From Octopus vulgaris (taxonomy: Eukaryota), in the NCBI GenBank assembly GCA_951406725.2, contig OX597821.1, positions 84,940,001-85,004,000 on the forward strand: a stretch of DNA of 64,000 bases, in the 5' to 3' direction. The notes beneath the pieces are model-generated. The model ran no database searches and had not been told where the DNA came from. It saw only the letters and a program-made list of their open reading frames with translations. Within the stretch, counting starts at the first letter, position 1. Each line of letters starts with the position of its first letter. This document shows positions 15,640-29,726 of this stretch, one piece after another. Position numbers and translations under genes: made by a program.

Positions 15640-15750
15640 CTATGCTCAGCGGTGTGAAGAATGCAAGCAGAGCTTTTGACAAGGGCTGCTTGCAGTCCAT
15701 CTCTTCCTCTGCAAGGCATTTGACTCGGTAGACAGGGACGTACTTTCGTC
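15640..15750 (+). pseudogene. Short RTE-like LINE RT fragment
   Basis: QGLLAVHLFLCKAFDSVDRDVL resembles the RT motif DLxKAFDSV. Confidence 0.55.
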
Positions 15751-15889
15751 CTAAAAGTCTTAACAGATGAAGGAATACATTGGATAATATAGTCATGCAT
15801 ATAGGGAAAGTTGGAATGATCAATACTGAAGTACCTTTGACTATAAGCTGCTAATTTATTCGATCAGATCTGACAAGTTGCTAAAAAAC

Positions 15890-16227
15890 AATTTTTTCTA
15901 GTATAGGTGCAAGGAGGGAAATTTTGAGTGAGAGGGCTTGTGTTTCACTGGTACATATTTTATCAACTCTGAAGAAATGAAAAGCAATGTCGCTCCCGGC
16001 GGAATTTGAACTCAGAACGTGAAAAGCCAGAAGAAACGCTGCTAAGCATCTTGTCTGCCGTGCTAACGATTCTGCCAGCTCACCGCTTTCTTATACAATA
16101 AAAATATTGGCTTCAAACTTTGGCACGAGATCAGCAATTTCGGGGGTGGGAGTAAGTCGATTAAATCGACCCCAGTGCTCAACTGGTACATATCTTATTG
16201 ACCCCGAAAGGATGAAAGGCAAAGTCG
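15890..16227 (-). mobile_element. SINE family B, two copies
   Basis: Reverse of GGCGGCGAGCTGGCAGAATCGTTAGCAC..TTTGCCTTTCATCCTTTCGGGGTC. Confidence 0.8.
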
Positions 16228-16271
<44 letters not shown>

Positions 16272-16640
16272 GGATGTATCTGTTAACGGTTATTTTTAAT
16301 ACTTCCTCCGTTGGATTGCGTGTTCGCTTCTCTTTTTGCCATCTGTGATTTTATTTTTGATCTTCTATATAAATGAAGATATTTCCTCCGCCTCTGCTGC
16401 TTTTCTCTCTACAAAACGGAAAGTTACATTGCGGAACAGTCATTAAAACGAGTTGTATTTATTTATCCCCCGGCGAGATACATCTGCACCGCCGGATGCT
16501 CCTGAACCAGTTGTTGAGTGTCCCACCCATGAGGAATCGATGCTAGATGTGTCTAAGCAACTGTCGTGATTAATGATAAATTCTCGTATATTCCATCTTC
16601 TGTTTTTCATTTGCCATACACACACACACACACACACACA

Positions 16641-16682
<42 letters not shown>

Positions 16683-16687
16683 CATAC

Positions 16688-16718
<31 letters not shown>

Positions 16719-16736
16719 TGTACGTACACACACACA

Positions 16737-16816
16737 CAGTAATCCCTCGACTATTGCGGGTGTTACGTTCCCCAAACCCCGCGATAGGTGAACCGCGATT
16801 TGGCGAAGGATAACTG
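16737..16816. mobile_element. 80-bp Tigger/pogo-type MITE remnant
   Basis: CAGTAATCCCTCG..CGAAGGATAACTG inverted ends followed by TA. Confidence 0.6.
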
Positions 16817-17554
16817 TATATATATATATATATATATATACATACATATAAGCACGGGCACACATACATACACATATGCACACACACATTCAGAAACACG
16901 TTTAGTTAAGGTGAAATAAAGAAATTAAAGAAAAGGTACTCAATGCTTGTTTTTATTTGTACGACGCTGATGATGCATTCTGTCGCAACTCAGTTCTTCT
17001 CAGTCAATATCATCCTTCAGGCAACACCAAAAATGAATGAAAGACAGAGTTGTACTGACCAAAAACAATCCCATCGTTATTCTTTGAGACAAAGGTTATC
17101 TTGGACAATATCATCCAATGTTTTCTTAGTTTTATATCTTTTTTTTTATTTCTGTTTTGATTTGAGGGAAATTTATTTGCTATTTTAACAAGCAGAGCAA
17201 CCACATAAGAGCAATCGTCTTTCTCTTCTTTTCTTGCTCTGTATCTCCTGCTGACATTTATGTCTCCTGATGTATTTCATTATCCCTGAATGTTTCTCAT
17301 TATACTCTATCTCTCTCCTTGTCTCTGTCTCTGTCTCTTAGTTTCTCTATCTCTCTCTCATCATTCTCTCTCCCTTTTTCTGTTTCCAACTCTTCGTATC
17401 TCTCTCGAACTCTCTCTTTTTCTCCCTTTCCAGCAGTATCTTTCTCTTTCTGAATCGCAATGGCTTTTCCTCTCATTTTCTCACTCCCTCGCTTCTTTTC
17501 CTCTCTCTCTCTCTCTTTTTCTCTTTAACTGTTTCTTTCTCTGAGTCGGAACTA

Positions 17555-17606
<52 letters not shown>

Positions 17607-18449
17607 AATCTCACTTGTCTGACTCTTTCTTTTACCGTATACGAGTCTCTATGTCTCCCTTCGTTCTTCATCATACTCAAATACTCACGGTCACTTTCAC
17701 CAGACATTTCTCTCTATCCATCCAACTGTCTGCCTGTTTGTCTCTCTGTATATATCTCTGTCTCTCTCTTTCTTTCCCCCCCCCCCCACATTCTCTTTCT
17801 CTCTCTCTTCGTCTCTTCACATATCTTTCCGCCATTTCTATCTTCTTTAGATGTGTCATTGTCCCTTATTTTTGCTCCCCTCTACCGCTCTCCCACGCCG
17901 CTGGTTCTTGTTCTACATATTTCTTCTGAAGGTCTTTTGACTTTAAGTGTTCGGTCATTATAATAAAAGGTTGTTTAAACCTTACTAGGTCACTAGGACA
18001 CACATTCACACGCAAAGAGATAAAGAGAGAGAGACAGACAGACAGACAGAATGAGAGAGACGCCGCAGCTTCAAGTACTCTTCCACTTACTACTTGCGCA
18101 ATAGTCTGCATATTACGTATGTATAACAATTACATACGTAAATATAAATTGGTGTCAAACATTCTCACTAAATATGTCAATTGTTTCCAAGTGTGATTCA
18201 GGCAATGGAATCGTACGAACCCGTAACCTTTTATATATTTTACACTGCTACTGTTGTTGTTTAACACTAGGTCGACCTTGGCTGAACAGACCTGTGAAGG
18301 ACGTTCCTCTCAAGATCATTCCGTCTTTCTTATCCCATGTTTCCTTCCTTTTTCAAATCGTTTGGGTATAATTTAAGGGAAATTTGGATGCTATTTCTGA
18401 TAGATTAAGTGATCTCAAAGAGGATGTCCATTAATATTTTTGTTGTAAG

Positions 18450-19250
18450 GACGGGCGAGCTGACAGAACCGTTAACACGCCGGGTGAAATGCTTTGCGGT
18501 ATTTCGTCTGAGTTCAAATTCCGCCGAGATCGACTTTGCCTTTCATCCTTTCGGGGTCGATAGATTAACTACCAGTTGCGTACTGGAGTTCTAATCGATT
18601 GGCCCCGCCCCACAAAATTTCGGGCCTTGTGCCTAGAGTAGAAAAGAATCGTTAGCACACCAGCAGAGTGCTTAGTGGCATTTCGTCCGTCTTTACATTT
18701 TGACTTCAAAATTCACTGAGGTTGACTTTGCCTTTCATCCTTTCGGGGTCGATAGATTAACTACCAGTTGTGTACTGGAGTCGATCTAATCGATTGGCCC
18801 CGCCCCACAAAATTTCGGGCCTTGTGCCTAGATTAGAAAAGAATCGTTAGCACGCCAGCAGAGTGCTTAGTGGCATTTCGTCCGTCTTTACATTCTGACT
18901 TCAAAATTCACTGAGGTTGACTTTACTTTTCATCCTTTCGGGGTCGATAAATTAAGTACCAGTTGAACTCTAGGCTCGACGTTGCTGACCTTGTGCCAGA
19001 ATTTGAAACAAATATTTTTATTGTTACTTAGAAAGATGGTCAGCTGGCAGAATCGTTAGCACGTTGGGCAAAATGCTTAGCAGCATTTCTTCTAGTTTTT
19101 CATTCTGCATTCGAATTTCGCCGAGATCGACTTTGCCTTTCATCCTATCGGGGTCAATAAAATATGTACCAGTTGTGCACTGGGGTCGATTTAATCGACT
19201 TACTTCCTCCCCCTAAATTGCTTATCTCGTGCCAAAATTTGAAACCAATA
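18450..19250 (+). mobile_element. Head-to-tail cluster of four SINE family B units
   Basis: Repeated GAATCGTTAGCAC..TTTCATCCTTTCGGGGTCGATA units at roughly 195-bp spacing. Confidence 0.85.
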
Positions 19251-19697
19251 TTTTTATTGTGCAAAAAAGCGGTGAGCTGACAGGTGCGCATAACAAGTGA
19301 TAGCGATAAGATAAGGTCACTTGGGTAAGGAATGACCATGTTTCTTTTCTCTTTTTAAAATGCTTCATGATCTTGTTCTTGTTTCAACCATGGCTGCCTC
19401 TGCGTAGTTATTAGTGTTGTTGTTTATTTTGTAAAACAGTAAGGGGGGAGGGTTGCTTGCAAATCACCCACTCCTCATATTTTTTCCATCCACATCTTTA
19501 CCATATGGGGCCCTAATAAAATCCGATAATAGGTATAGATGCAAATCTACCTAATTACTTGTCTCCTAAAACCAGGCACAACTTGGCGATCGGTCGACTT
19601 GGAACACTGTTTTTCGTCTTGAGTTTACTTGTTGGAGTATGTTTTCGCGTCCGGGAATCGAAACCACGACCTTTCGATCATAAGTAGAGTATCCTAA

Positions 19698-19776
<79 letters not shown>

Positions 19777-20631
19777 TATATATATATATTGTCAGCTTCA
19801 GCTCGAGAGCTGCGGCAATATTGGGGTACCACCGTTAGTTTTGCTACACTTTCACCACTTGAAACTTCCTCTGATATGTGCCATTTGGTGAATGAAGCAG
19901 CTTGATACAGCTGCCCTCATTTGCGTTTCTTTCTATATGTAGTCTAACTGGCGACAGGGTTTCACGTCTCAGCGATCTTCAGACTATTTTATATGCATTG
20001 GACCGGGTTGAATATTCTCTGTGATGAAATCACTTTCACGAGGTAGTTTCTTAGTACAATTTGGTAAGATGGCATTCATGGTTATCGTCGCTTTTCATTT
20101 GCCAGTTTGTCTTTCTATTCTCATTGGTCAATTTCATTATTACATTCATTTTCTCCAACTTGTCATTTGTATCCTTTTCTTTTGCAAAATTCGTTATTCC
20201 CTTTACGTTCTTACCTCATACTGCATCACCAATTTATTATCTCGTATCTAAGGACGAAAAAAATTAATTGTTCTCTTGCTGAGTTCCCTAATTATTTCTA
20301 TATTGACTTTATGAGTATTTTGTTTGAGCGAAACAAAATTTGATGGTGTAGTGTTATCGCTTTAATTAGCCAATTCAACAGTTGCGTTATCTAACCTAAT
20401 CTAATCTAATCTATCTATTACTTGTTTCAGTCATTACACTGAGGCCAGGCTGGGCATCACCTTGAAGAACTTTTAGTTGAATGACTCGTCACCAATACTT
20501 ACATTTTTGTTAGGTTCAGAACTTATTCTATCAGTCTTTTTTGCCGAACCGATAAGTTACGAGGACGTAAACACACCAACACCGCTTGTCAAGCTATAGC
20601 GGGGGCAAACGCACACATATACACACAAAAT

Positions 20632-20679
<48 letters not shown>

Positions 20680-20729
20680 CAATAATAAATCTCTGAACGA
20701 GATATAAACAGTAACCGCTCGACAACGTA

Positions 20730-20854
20730 AGGTGTACTAGCCATCTGAATGTGGCTAGCCACTGGGGGTGGGGTGTTACTGATCGCCTGGGGCTAAAAGC
20801 ATCAGTAACACCCCACCCCCAGTGGCTAGCCACATTCAGATGGCTAGTACACCT
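20730..20854. repeat. Perfect 54-bp inverted repeat with 17-nt loop
   Basis: 20730-20783 is the reverse complement of 20801-20854; embedded between (TA)n tracts. Confidence 0.9.
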
Positions 20855-21304
20855 AGTATATATATATACATATATATACATATATATATATGAACCACCC
20901 AGCGAACTTCCACCATGGGTCATCACAATTGCTTAAGGTAAAAATGAATTCCTCGCTCTTTCGGAAACATCAATCTTCTGTATTGACCGCTTTCCACCAC
21001 TTTGATCTGTTTTTTGTATTGAATACGTATCGCCACCGTGGGCCACTGCATCGAACACTTTGAACATATACTACAAACTATATATCAACTATACATGAAC
21101 TATATATCAACTATACATGAACTCTAAGATGTCTGACTCCGTTGTGTATTATAAATGAATTTCTTGTGTTTGACGGCATGAGCTGTCTCTTTTTATATAT
21201 AACTTTTTTTGATAAGGTTCATTTCAGGAACTGAAACATGTTATAATGTATATATAAAAATTAAAAATTGTATAATACAGCAGCATTTTCGAACTTCATT
21301 TTTT

Positions 21305-21377
<73 letters not shown>

Positions 21378-21390
21378 CATATATATATAT

Positions 21391-21421
<31 letters not shown>

Positions 21422-21438
21422 CATATATATATATATAC

Positions 21439-21499
<61 letters not shown>

Positions 21500-21500
21500 C

Positions 21501-21565
<65 letters not shown>

Positions 21566-21576
21566 CATATATATAC

Positions 21577-21697
<121 letters not shown>

Positions 21698-21717
21698 TAT
21701 ATATGTATGTATGTATG

Positions 21718-21771
<54 letters not shown>

Positions 21772-21772
<1 letters not shown>

Positions 21773-23020
21773 TGTGGTTGGACAAAATAATAGAAACACC
21801 TTAAAATTTCAAGCAAAATTATTTAAATATAGAGTTGGCCTGCCTGTGGCAGTAATTACAGCTTCTATTCTACGAGGTATGGACTCGTACGTAGTTTGAA
21901 TTGCTTCCAAAGGAATTTTTGTCCATTCTTCTGCTAAAACAGTCTCCAGTTCTTGTAGTGATGATGGTGGAGGATATCAATTCTTTACTTGTTTTTCTAA
22001 AATGCACCATAAATGTTCAATAATATTGAGATCTGGGGACTGTGGTGGCCAGATAAGATGTTCAACTTCACTAGAATGTTCCTCATGCCATTCAGTAACA
22101 ACTTTAGCTCTGTGAATTGGTGTATTATCATCCTGAAAGATTGCGTTTCCCTCCGGAAACAGTTCCGCGACCATAGGATGAATTTGATTAGATAAAATGC
22201 TTAAATAGTCTTGACTATTAATTCTGCCATCAATGGAAACCATTGGGCGAGCGGATTTCCAAGATATGCCCCCCCCCCCCAGATCATCACAGATTCTCCT
22301 ACATGTTTAACAGTTGGAAGAAAGCAATCTGGGTTAAATGTTTCTTTTGGCTGTCGGAAATATGGTAAAGGATGACTCGTCCGAGAAAATAACACTCTTC
22401 CACTGCTCTAGGGACAAGTTCTGTGGGTTTTTTGCTCCACTCTAAACGCTTTGCAACGTTTGTTTTTGAAAGTAGTGGTTTTCTGATTGCAGACCTCCCG
22501 TGAACTCCGGCTTTGTTCAGCTGCAGACGAACAGTTTTTGTGGAAACTGGGTTCTCGAGGCTGTCATTAGCTCTCAGTAATTTTGGGAGCTGTACTTTTG
22601 TGATTCTTTCTAACAATTTACGTAAGAGCCTGACGGTCCTTATCTGAAAGTTTTGGTTTTCTTCCGGAGTTTTGTTTCGACGAGAAGGTTTTCTCCTCTT
22701 TCTCAAAGGCTGTCAATACTTTCGAGACAGTACTACTTGATACACCAAACATTTTGGCTGTTTTTGTTACGCTAGCACCTGCCATACAAGCACCAACAAT
22801 TTGACCTCTTCGAAAGTCCGATAAATTTGCCATTTTAATGAATTTTAATTACCTTTTATTGATGATATCTGAAAAGAAACAACAATTTTAGCCAAACATA
22901 TTAAGCAACACTAATAATAAATCAAAAAACAAAAATAAACACGCTTTTGACTGTTTTATAGACATTTCAAAATTATGATGCTATGATGCTAGGTGTTTCC
23001 ATTATTTTGTCCAACCCCTG
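21772..23020 (-). mobile_element. Near full-length Tc1 transposon, frameshifted transposase
   Basis: TIR CAGGGGTTGGACAAAATAATGGAAACACC; MANLSDFRRGQIVG HTH, RKPLLSK, FQDDNTPIH..WPPQSPDLNIIEHLW (DD34E). Confidence 0.95.
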
Positions 23021-23024
23021 TATG

Positions 23025-23065
<41 letters not shown>

Positions 23066-23401
23066 ACGTGTAGATTTGTATGTTTTGTGTTATGTATGCA
23101 TGTATATATGCATGTATATATGCATGTATGTATGTATGTATGTATGTTTGTATGTGTGTGTGTATGTATGTATGTGTGTATGTATGTATGTATGTATGTA
23201 TGTATGTATGTATGTATGTATATATGAAGCTGTTAAGTAGTAATTGAAGGATCACTCAATACTCGAGTATGATATCCATTATATCTACAAAAGGAAAAGG
23301 TTAACAGTGGTTCTGAAGTTTCGACTTAACCGCCTTCGTCAGACTGTTTGTGCATGTGTGTGTACGCGCGCGTGCGTGCGTACGTGTGTGTATAGATAGA
23401 T

Positions 23402-23465
<64 letters not shown>

Positions 23466-23889
23466 TTACACACGTCACAAGTTAAGCACAGACGAATATA
23501 TAGAACGATTTCGTGTAGTGTACAATAAATACTTAGTTTAAGTAGCCAGTAAGAAATAAAATTGATTAATTAATTGCATCCAGTTCGCTGATATTTTCAA
23601 GTGGTTCTTTCAAAGGTTAACACATAACTTTGGTTACACTCAGCTAAAACGTGAAATGACAAGACTGTCGTCGGTTGAAAACATTTTCCTGTACCAATTG
23701 ACAAAAATTTAAAAAAAACGACAAAGATACTAGCGACATATCTGAATGTTAAACAATCGATATGTCCTCGCCGAATCTAACATCTTTTGAATGTTAAATC
23801 TACAAAATTTCAAAACCTTTCATGCGTAAGGAAATAAGCAATTTTTTTTCTTTCTACGAATAAATAAATACACAACGGTTCAAGGTGGA

Positions 23890-23943
23890 TTGGCGGTGGT
23901 CATGGTGGTGGTCATGGTGGTGGTCATGGTGGTGGTGGTGGTG

Positions 23944-24008
<65 letters not shown>

Positions 24009-24048
24009 GGTGGTGGTGGTGGTGGTGGTGGTGGTGGTGGTGGTGGTG

Positions 24049-24101
<53 letters not shown>

Positions 24102-24118
24102 TGTTGCTGTTGTTGTTT
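23890..24118 (+). repeat. Compound (GTG)n/(GTA)n/(GTT)n microsatellite
   Basis: Direct inspection. Confidence 0.95.
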
Positions 24119-24660
24119 AACAGTAAGTCAACTCTGATCAAACTTATAAGTGGAAGGCGCGCCATGCGGCCAATCTCTTGTGTTTTATTTTGTTTTAATT
24201 TTAGATACAGTCTACCTGGGATTACATTATCCAGTGTGTTTGTCTCTATTTAAAGACGGTAAATTTTAATTTGAGGGCGATTTGATGTCTAATTTCTTGT
24301 AAATTGTGACACCTCGTAGAGCAGTCTTGGGTAAACTGCGATCCATCAGACTTTCTGAATAGCACGCCCAACAATAATTTACTTTGAAGTTTTCAGAAGT
24401 GCGGTCCACCCGGATACACGTTTCACTGTCCGTAGAATCTAGTTATGGACACAGCGGAGGAAGCAACATGGAGTCGATCAGCGCTAAACAGTCGTTCTTC
24501 CTCCATAAATATTATTGGTATAATGTATCATAACGGGAATTTGCCACAACAGAAATTATTAATACTACTGCGATTTCATATATATATGTATGTATATATC
24601 ATATATAAATATATATATATGTGTGTGTGTGTGTGTTTGTGTATGTATGTATGTATGTAT

Positions 24661-25033
24661 GTGGAAGCACTCCGTCGGTTACGACGGTGAGGGTTCCGGT
24701 TGATCCGATCAACGGAACAGCCTGCTCGTGAAATTAACGTGAGCACTCCACAGACACGTGTACCCTTAACGTAGTTCTCGGGGATATTCAGCGTGACACA
24801 GAGAGTGACAAGGCTGGCCCTTTGAAATACAGGTACAACAGAAACAGGAAGTAAGAGTGAGAGAAAGTTCTAGTGAAAGAGTACAGCAGGGATCACCACC
24901 ATCCCCTGCCGGGGCCTCGTGGAGCTTTTAGGTGTTTTCACTCAATAAACACTCACAACGCCCGGTCTGGGAATCGAAACCGCGATCCTACGACCGCGAG
25001 TCCGCTGCCCTAACCACTGGGCCATTGCGCCTC
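24661..25033 (-). mobile_element. tRNA-derived SINE family C
   Basis: Reverse head GAGGCGCAATGGCCCAGTGGTTAGGGCAGCGGACTCGCGGTCG with A/B boxes. Confidence 0.85.
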
Positions 25034-25072
25034 GTATGTATGTATGTATGTATGTATGTATGTATGTATATG

Positions 25073-25119
<47 letters not shown>

Positions 25120-25151
25120 GTATGTATTACATTGTATTGTATGCATATGTA

Positions 25152-26441
25152 TTAGGTCGGAAAGTAAGTCCTGTTGCGTTTCAGATAGGAAAGAAAGAAA
25201 CACTTCTTTTATCTTAACTGATATATCTAATCAAGATAATATTTCCTCTCACAATTGATAAGAGAACCCATGTGTTCGACAAACTGTTGATTCGCCCAGG
25301 CATAAATTCTTCGAAGCAACGAAACACTCAACATTGTTTCTAAGTTCTTCACAAAAAATAAACTGCTTCTCCTCTAGATAATGTTGCCATGATCTGAAGG
25401 GATGGCAGTCAGATGGAACAAGGTCATGAGAATAAGGAGAGTGAAGCAAAACTTCCATATTTAGTGTCATAATCTTTTTATTAGTAACTTGGGAAGTATG
25501 TGGTTTTGAATTATCAAGTCGGAACAACACCAATTTACGATTGGGCAATAATGGATACTTTTTCTGCAAAATTCTGTGCAAATTTCTGTGCAAATTCTGT
25601 GCAATTCTGTGCAATATTTCTCCACTTGAACTGTTTTTCCTTTTGGTTTTGGACTTTCTGGTAGGCAACACTCTTCACATCCCACTAGATAAAGGGTATA
25701 ATTTTTTTTTCCGGGTGTAGTCCCGATTTGGGGATAGATTCTCTTTTAATTGGATCTTAACTGTTGGTGTTTTCGTTGGATATGATTATAGAGAACCTAC
25801 TTTTCATCACTTGATTCTACTTAGGAAAGGTTCGGTAGCAATTCTGCTTTACAATGACACGCAGAGAGCAACTCATTGATTAAGCTATGAAGCTGTAAGA
25901 TGATTCACTGGCCAAGTTTAGACGCATTTCCTGGTTCATTAAAATACTTTATGATCGAAGTGTGACTTGATTTAAATTGTTTTGCCAATTCTCATACAGT
26001 TGACTTTGAGTTTTACCCCAGCTACGGCTTCTAGACGCTAAATATTGATAGAACTTTGTTGTCCTTATTGAGGGTAATCTACAAAAGAAAAAAATACCCG
26101 AGCAAAACTGGCCAAACCACCGTTGACATGTGCAGACACTTAAAACTTTATTTCCATAGACAGAACGAATATCTCTTGCCGCTTCCATTGCTGAAGAGCC
26201 TCTTTAAATCCATAAAAAATTCAGTGTTTGATGTGGGTCTGAGCTGAATTCATTTTAACAGAGTAAAAATCGATGCGAATTTAACCACTAAAATTTAACC
26301 AATTCAATCATCTATAAAAAGGAAACATTAAATAAAATGTTTAAGATGCTTATAGAAATGTTTATTTTGCCGTAAACATTGAAACTGTATCCTCTAAATG
26401 ATCATGTCAAAAATACAATGAGACATTCTTTCCAACTTTAA
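25152..26441 (-). mobile_element. Near full-length decayed mariner
   Basis: EAARDIRSVYG..CQRWF HTH, LDNSKPHTS, HSPYSHDLVPSDCHPFRS (DD34D-type); degenerate TIRs; ~1.3 kb. Confidence 0.9.
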
Positions 26442-26742
26442 ATAATTGTGTGTGCATGTCAACACATGAATGTATATAAAATATAGTATGATGATGATCA
26501 TACTAATGATTGCAATGATTCCATGTTTCGTGCAAAAGTAATAATAATGACTTACTATCATCAGATTAGCATGCTGTGGATCTGATGAGTGTGAAGAATT
26601 ATTATTATTTTCACAGGAAAGTCCACGTAATGGCCATCATTCGGCGGTGTAATCGTCTTTGAACTATATTCATTATTTTCACAGTTGAGTGCACAGTGGA
26701 ATTCCCTTTGTTATCTGACTCAGAGCCACAACTGATCGTGCA

Positions 26743-27184
26743 TGCATACATACATACATACATACATACATACATACATACATACATACATACATACATA
26801 CATACATACATACATGTATACATACATACAAACAAACATACATACATACATAAATACACACACACATACATACATACATACATACATACATACATACATA
26901 CATACACATACATACATACATACATACATACATACATACATACACACACACTCACATACATACATACATACATACATACATACATACATACATACATTCA
27001 TACATACATACATACATACATGCATACATACACACACACATACATACATACATACATACATACATACATACATACATACATACATACATACATACATACA
27101 TGCATACATACACACACACACACATACATACATACATACATACATACATACATACATACATACATACATACATACATACATACA

Positions 27185-27218
<34 letters not shown>

Positions 27219-27242
27219 CATACATACATATATACATACATA
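26743..27242 (+). repeat. (CATA)n microsatellite
   Basis: Direct inspection; similar tracts at 33040-33477, 33992-34388, 35926-36930 and 37175-37553. Confidence 0.95.
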
Positions 27243-27244
27243 TG

Positions 27245-27395
27245 TTTGTGGAACAGTAAAAATATGCAAGACTGTTCTCAAGTTCCAAATGTGAATTTGT
27301 TTGAGTTAGCTACATCCCAAAGATGGAGCCTTGTATCTTTGTTGGGAACCGGCTTCCTCCTCAGTGGAAGAGTTCTAATAATTAAAAAATAGAAA
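27245..27395 (+). mobile_element. 5'-truncated 3' end of an R4/Dong-like non-LTR element
   Basis: CGTVKICKTVLKFQM* resembles the ORF end near 35380-35418; following sequence resembles the UTR at 35680-35740. Confidence 0.55.
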
Positions 27396-28312
27396 AGACA
27401 CATACGTACACATACACACACTCACACACATACATACATACACAAATACATATGCGTGTGTGTGCGTGCGTGCGTGTGTGCATGTGTGCATGCAGGTGGG
27501 AATTACTTAAATTCTTATTTCATTGGTTTGGTTTGAAAGAAGGGATTATAACGCTGACATTCGCAGGCTTTCCGAGACTGGTGAGATTGACACCACTAAT
27601 GTTCCTCTTGAACAATTTCAAATCTACGGCTGCAGGAAAAAACAGGTTCACGGAAGTGAATTCCAAGGGCCAGGGTTCTAGGAAGAAAGGGTTCGGCATA
27701 CTACAGAACCGAAAAAAGAAACAATAAACAAAAAAAAAGGCGAGCTAGGAGCGTCGTTGTGGAAGTGACACGAAAACCACACGAATCCAAGGAGTAAAAA
27801 ATATTGTATTTGCGGTAGAAATGACAGAAACGAGAGACTACATTTGTGTACCATAGACTGGTGTAAATTTGTGAGCGATTTACTAAATAGTACACAGGGA
27901 ACTGTATACGGATAAACCAAACTACTAGTTTAAAGAAGAAAAAACAAGAAAGCACCGAAATTCACTAGTAAGCTCTTATTTCAAGAATAGATTTGATAGG
28001 CAATTCATTTATTCTGTTAGTTTCCATGTAAAATTTGTTGTCTCTTTGTTGGTGAAGCATAAATCCTCTTTCTCTGACATTTGTTTAAAAAGTTATTTGC
28101 AAATGTCACGCCGCAAAGTGTTTCACATGTCCACATCGAGTTACGCAACAACACTCGAAGCTTCAACTACCCCCAACTCTACATCACATTCGTTTGTCCT
28201 TTTGCTTCGCTTGGTGACTACTAGCGTCTGTGATTATAAAATTCGGAATACATTCTATTTCAATTCTCATCTTCTTGTTCGAATTTGATTTTAATCCTCC
28301 CGGTTCTAGCCT

Positions 28313-28388
<76 letters not shown>

Positions 28389-28426
28389 CATTATCATCAT
28401 TATCATCATCATCATCATCATCATCA

Positions 28427-28460
<34 letters not shown>

Positions 28461-28461
<1 letters not shown>

Positions 28462-29020
28462 GAGTGAGAGAGCAGTGCATGCCATCAAAGTGACACTGGG
28501 GTAAAATATACGAAGCCCAATATACCCATCATGACTACCCGTCTGATAAAGGTACACCAGGCACATGCATCACAACCATATGTGCGCGACATGGTGATCT
28601 CATATCAAGATAAACAGCACATGACCTTGCAGGTGGGGCCCAGTTAGAATTTTCTTCAGGTTGAGTAGCCCATCCCGCTCAAAAGGTCCCTGAATAAGGG
28701 TTGTTTAAGGATGTTGAAAGAACCACCCATGTTTCCAGAGGTGAATTATTCAAACCCCAAAGAATCCCTCTCGACACATGGCTATGATGCTCCCCCTACT
28801 ACTTCTGCTCGTGATCAGAGATGCACATATCGTCAGCCACTAAGAGACATGTTCAACTGGTTAAGGTCAAACAACTGACAAGCAAATCTGTGGTATTGAG
28901 CTGAATATTTGCTGTAGCCCATCTTTTATACCAAGACAAAACAATGTACATGATAACACTTCCAATCAGTTAAGATCAGAAGCCATGAGAGCCACTGCCT
29001 GGTACTACATCAGGGCATTT
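28461..29020 (-). mobile_element. Non-LTR 3' fragment/SINE inserted in (TAA)n, copy 1
   Basis: Closely similar to 41177-41715; both flanked by (ATT)n on both sides. Confidence 0.75.
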
Positions 29021-29244
29021 ATTATTATTATTATTATTATTATCATCATTATTATGTAAGGCGGCGAGCTGGCAGAATCGTTAGCATGTAGAGGCGAACA
29101 CCTTTCTCCATGTGATCGGCGAGAAAGATTGTTAAAACACTGGGATATTTTCCTACTTTTCTTAACATGAAACTAATGGTAGCCTTAATTCATAAATGAA
29201 GAAATTACATCCACCAATGCGGTGTTGAACACTTATTTTCATCG

Positions 29245-29452
29245 TTCGACATTTCCTGGTTCATTAAAGTGCTTTATGATCGAAGTGTGACTTGATTTAA
29301 ATTGTTTTGCCAATTCTAATACAGTTGACTTTGAATTTTACCCCAGCTACGGCTTCTAGACGCTCAATATTGATAGAACTTGATTGTTCTTATTGAGGGT
29401 AATCTACGAAAGAAAAAATCCCCGAGCAAAACTGGCCAAACCACCGTTGACA
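29245..29452 (-). mobile_element. Second mariner fragment
   Basis: Close match to 25925-26128. Confidence 0.8.
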
Positions 29453-29456
29453 TATA

Positions 29457-29680
29457 TAGGAGAGTTCACGAAAAAAAAAAACAACAAAAGACGAAGACAA
29501 GTGGTGTACAAAACAAACACATGTATTAGTATAACGCTCAGGAATAGAAAAAGTCTTTTACGTTTCGAGCCTACGCTCTTCTACAGAAAGGGACACAGAG
29601 AAAAAGAAAAAAAAAGAAGAGAAACAAGGAGAGAAAAAATGTGTGTAATGGCTACCGATCTATCAAAGCGCTCATTTTGA
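29457..29680 (-). mobile_element. Penelope-like terminal fragment with variant hammerhead (29555-29590)
   Basis: Minus strand CTTT CTGTAGA A GAGC gtag GCTC GAAAC GTA AAAG; related to 49645-49840 and 45180-45345. Confidence 0.55.
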
Positions 29681-29726
29681 ATTCTATGTGTGTATGTATG
29701 TATGTATGTATGTATGTATGTATGTA

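Noticed and set aside
23303-23348. Active hammerhead on the minus strand
   Set aside because: Core, stem I and stem II are present but the UH cleavage site is missing; counted only as a decayed relic
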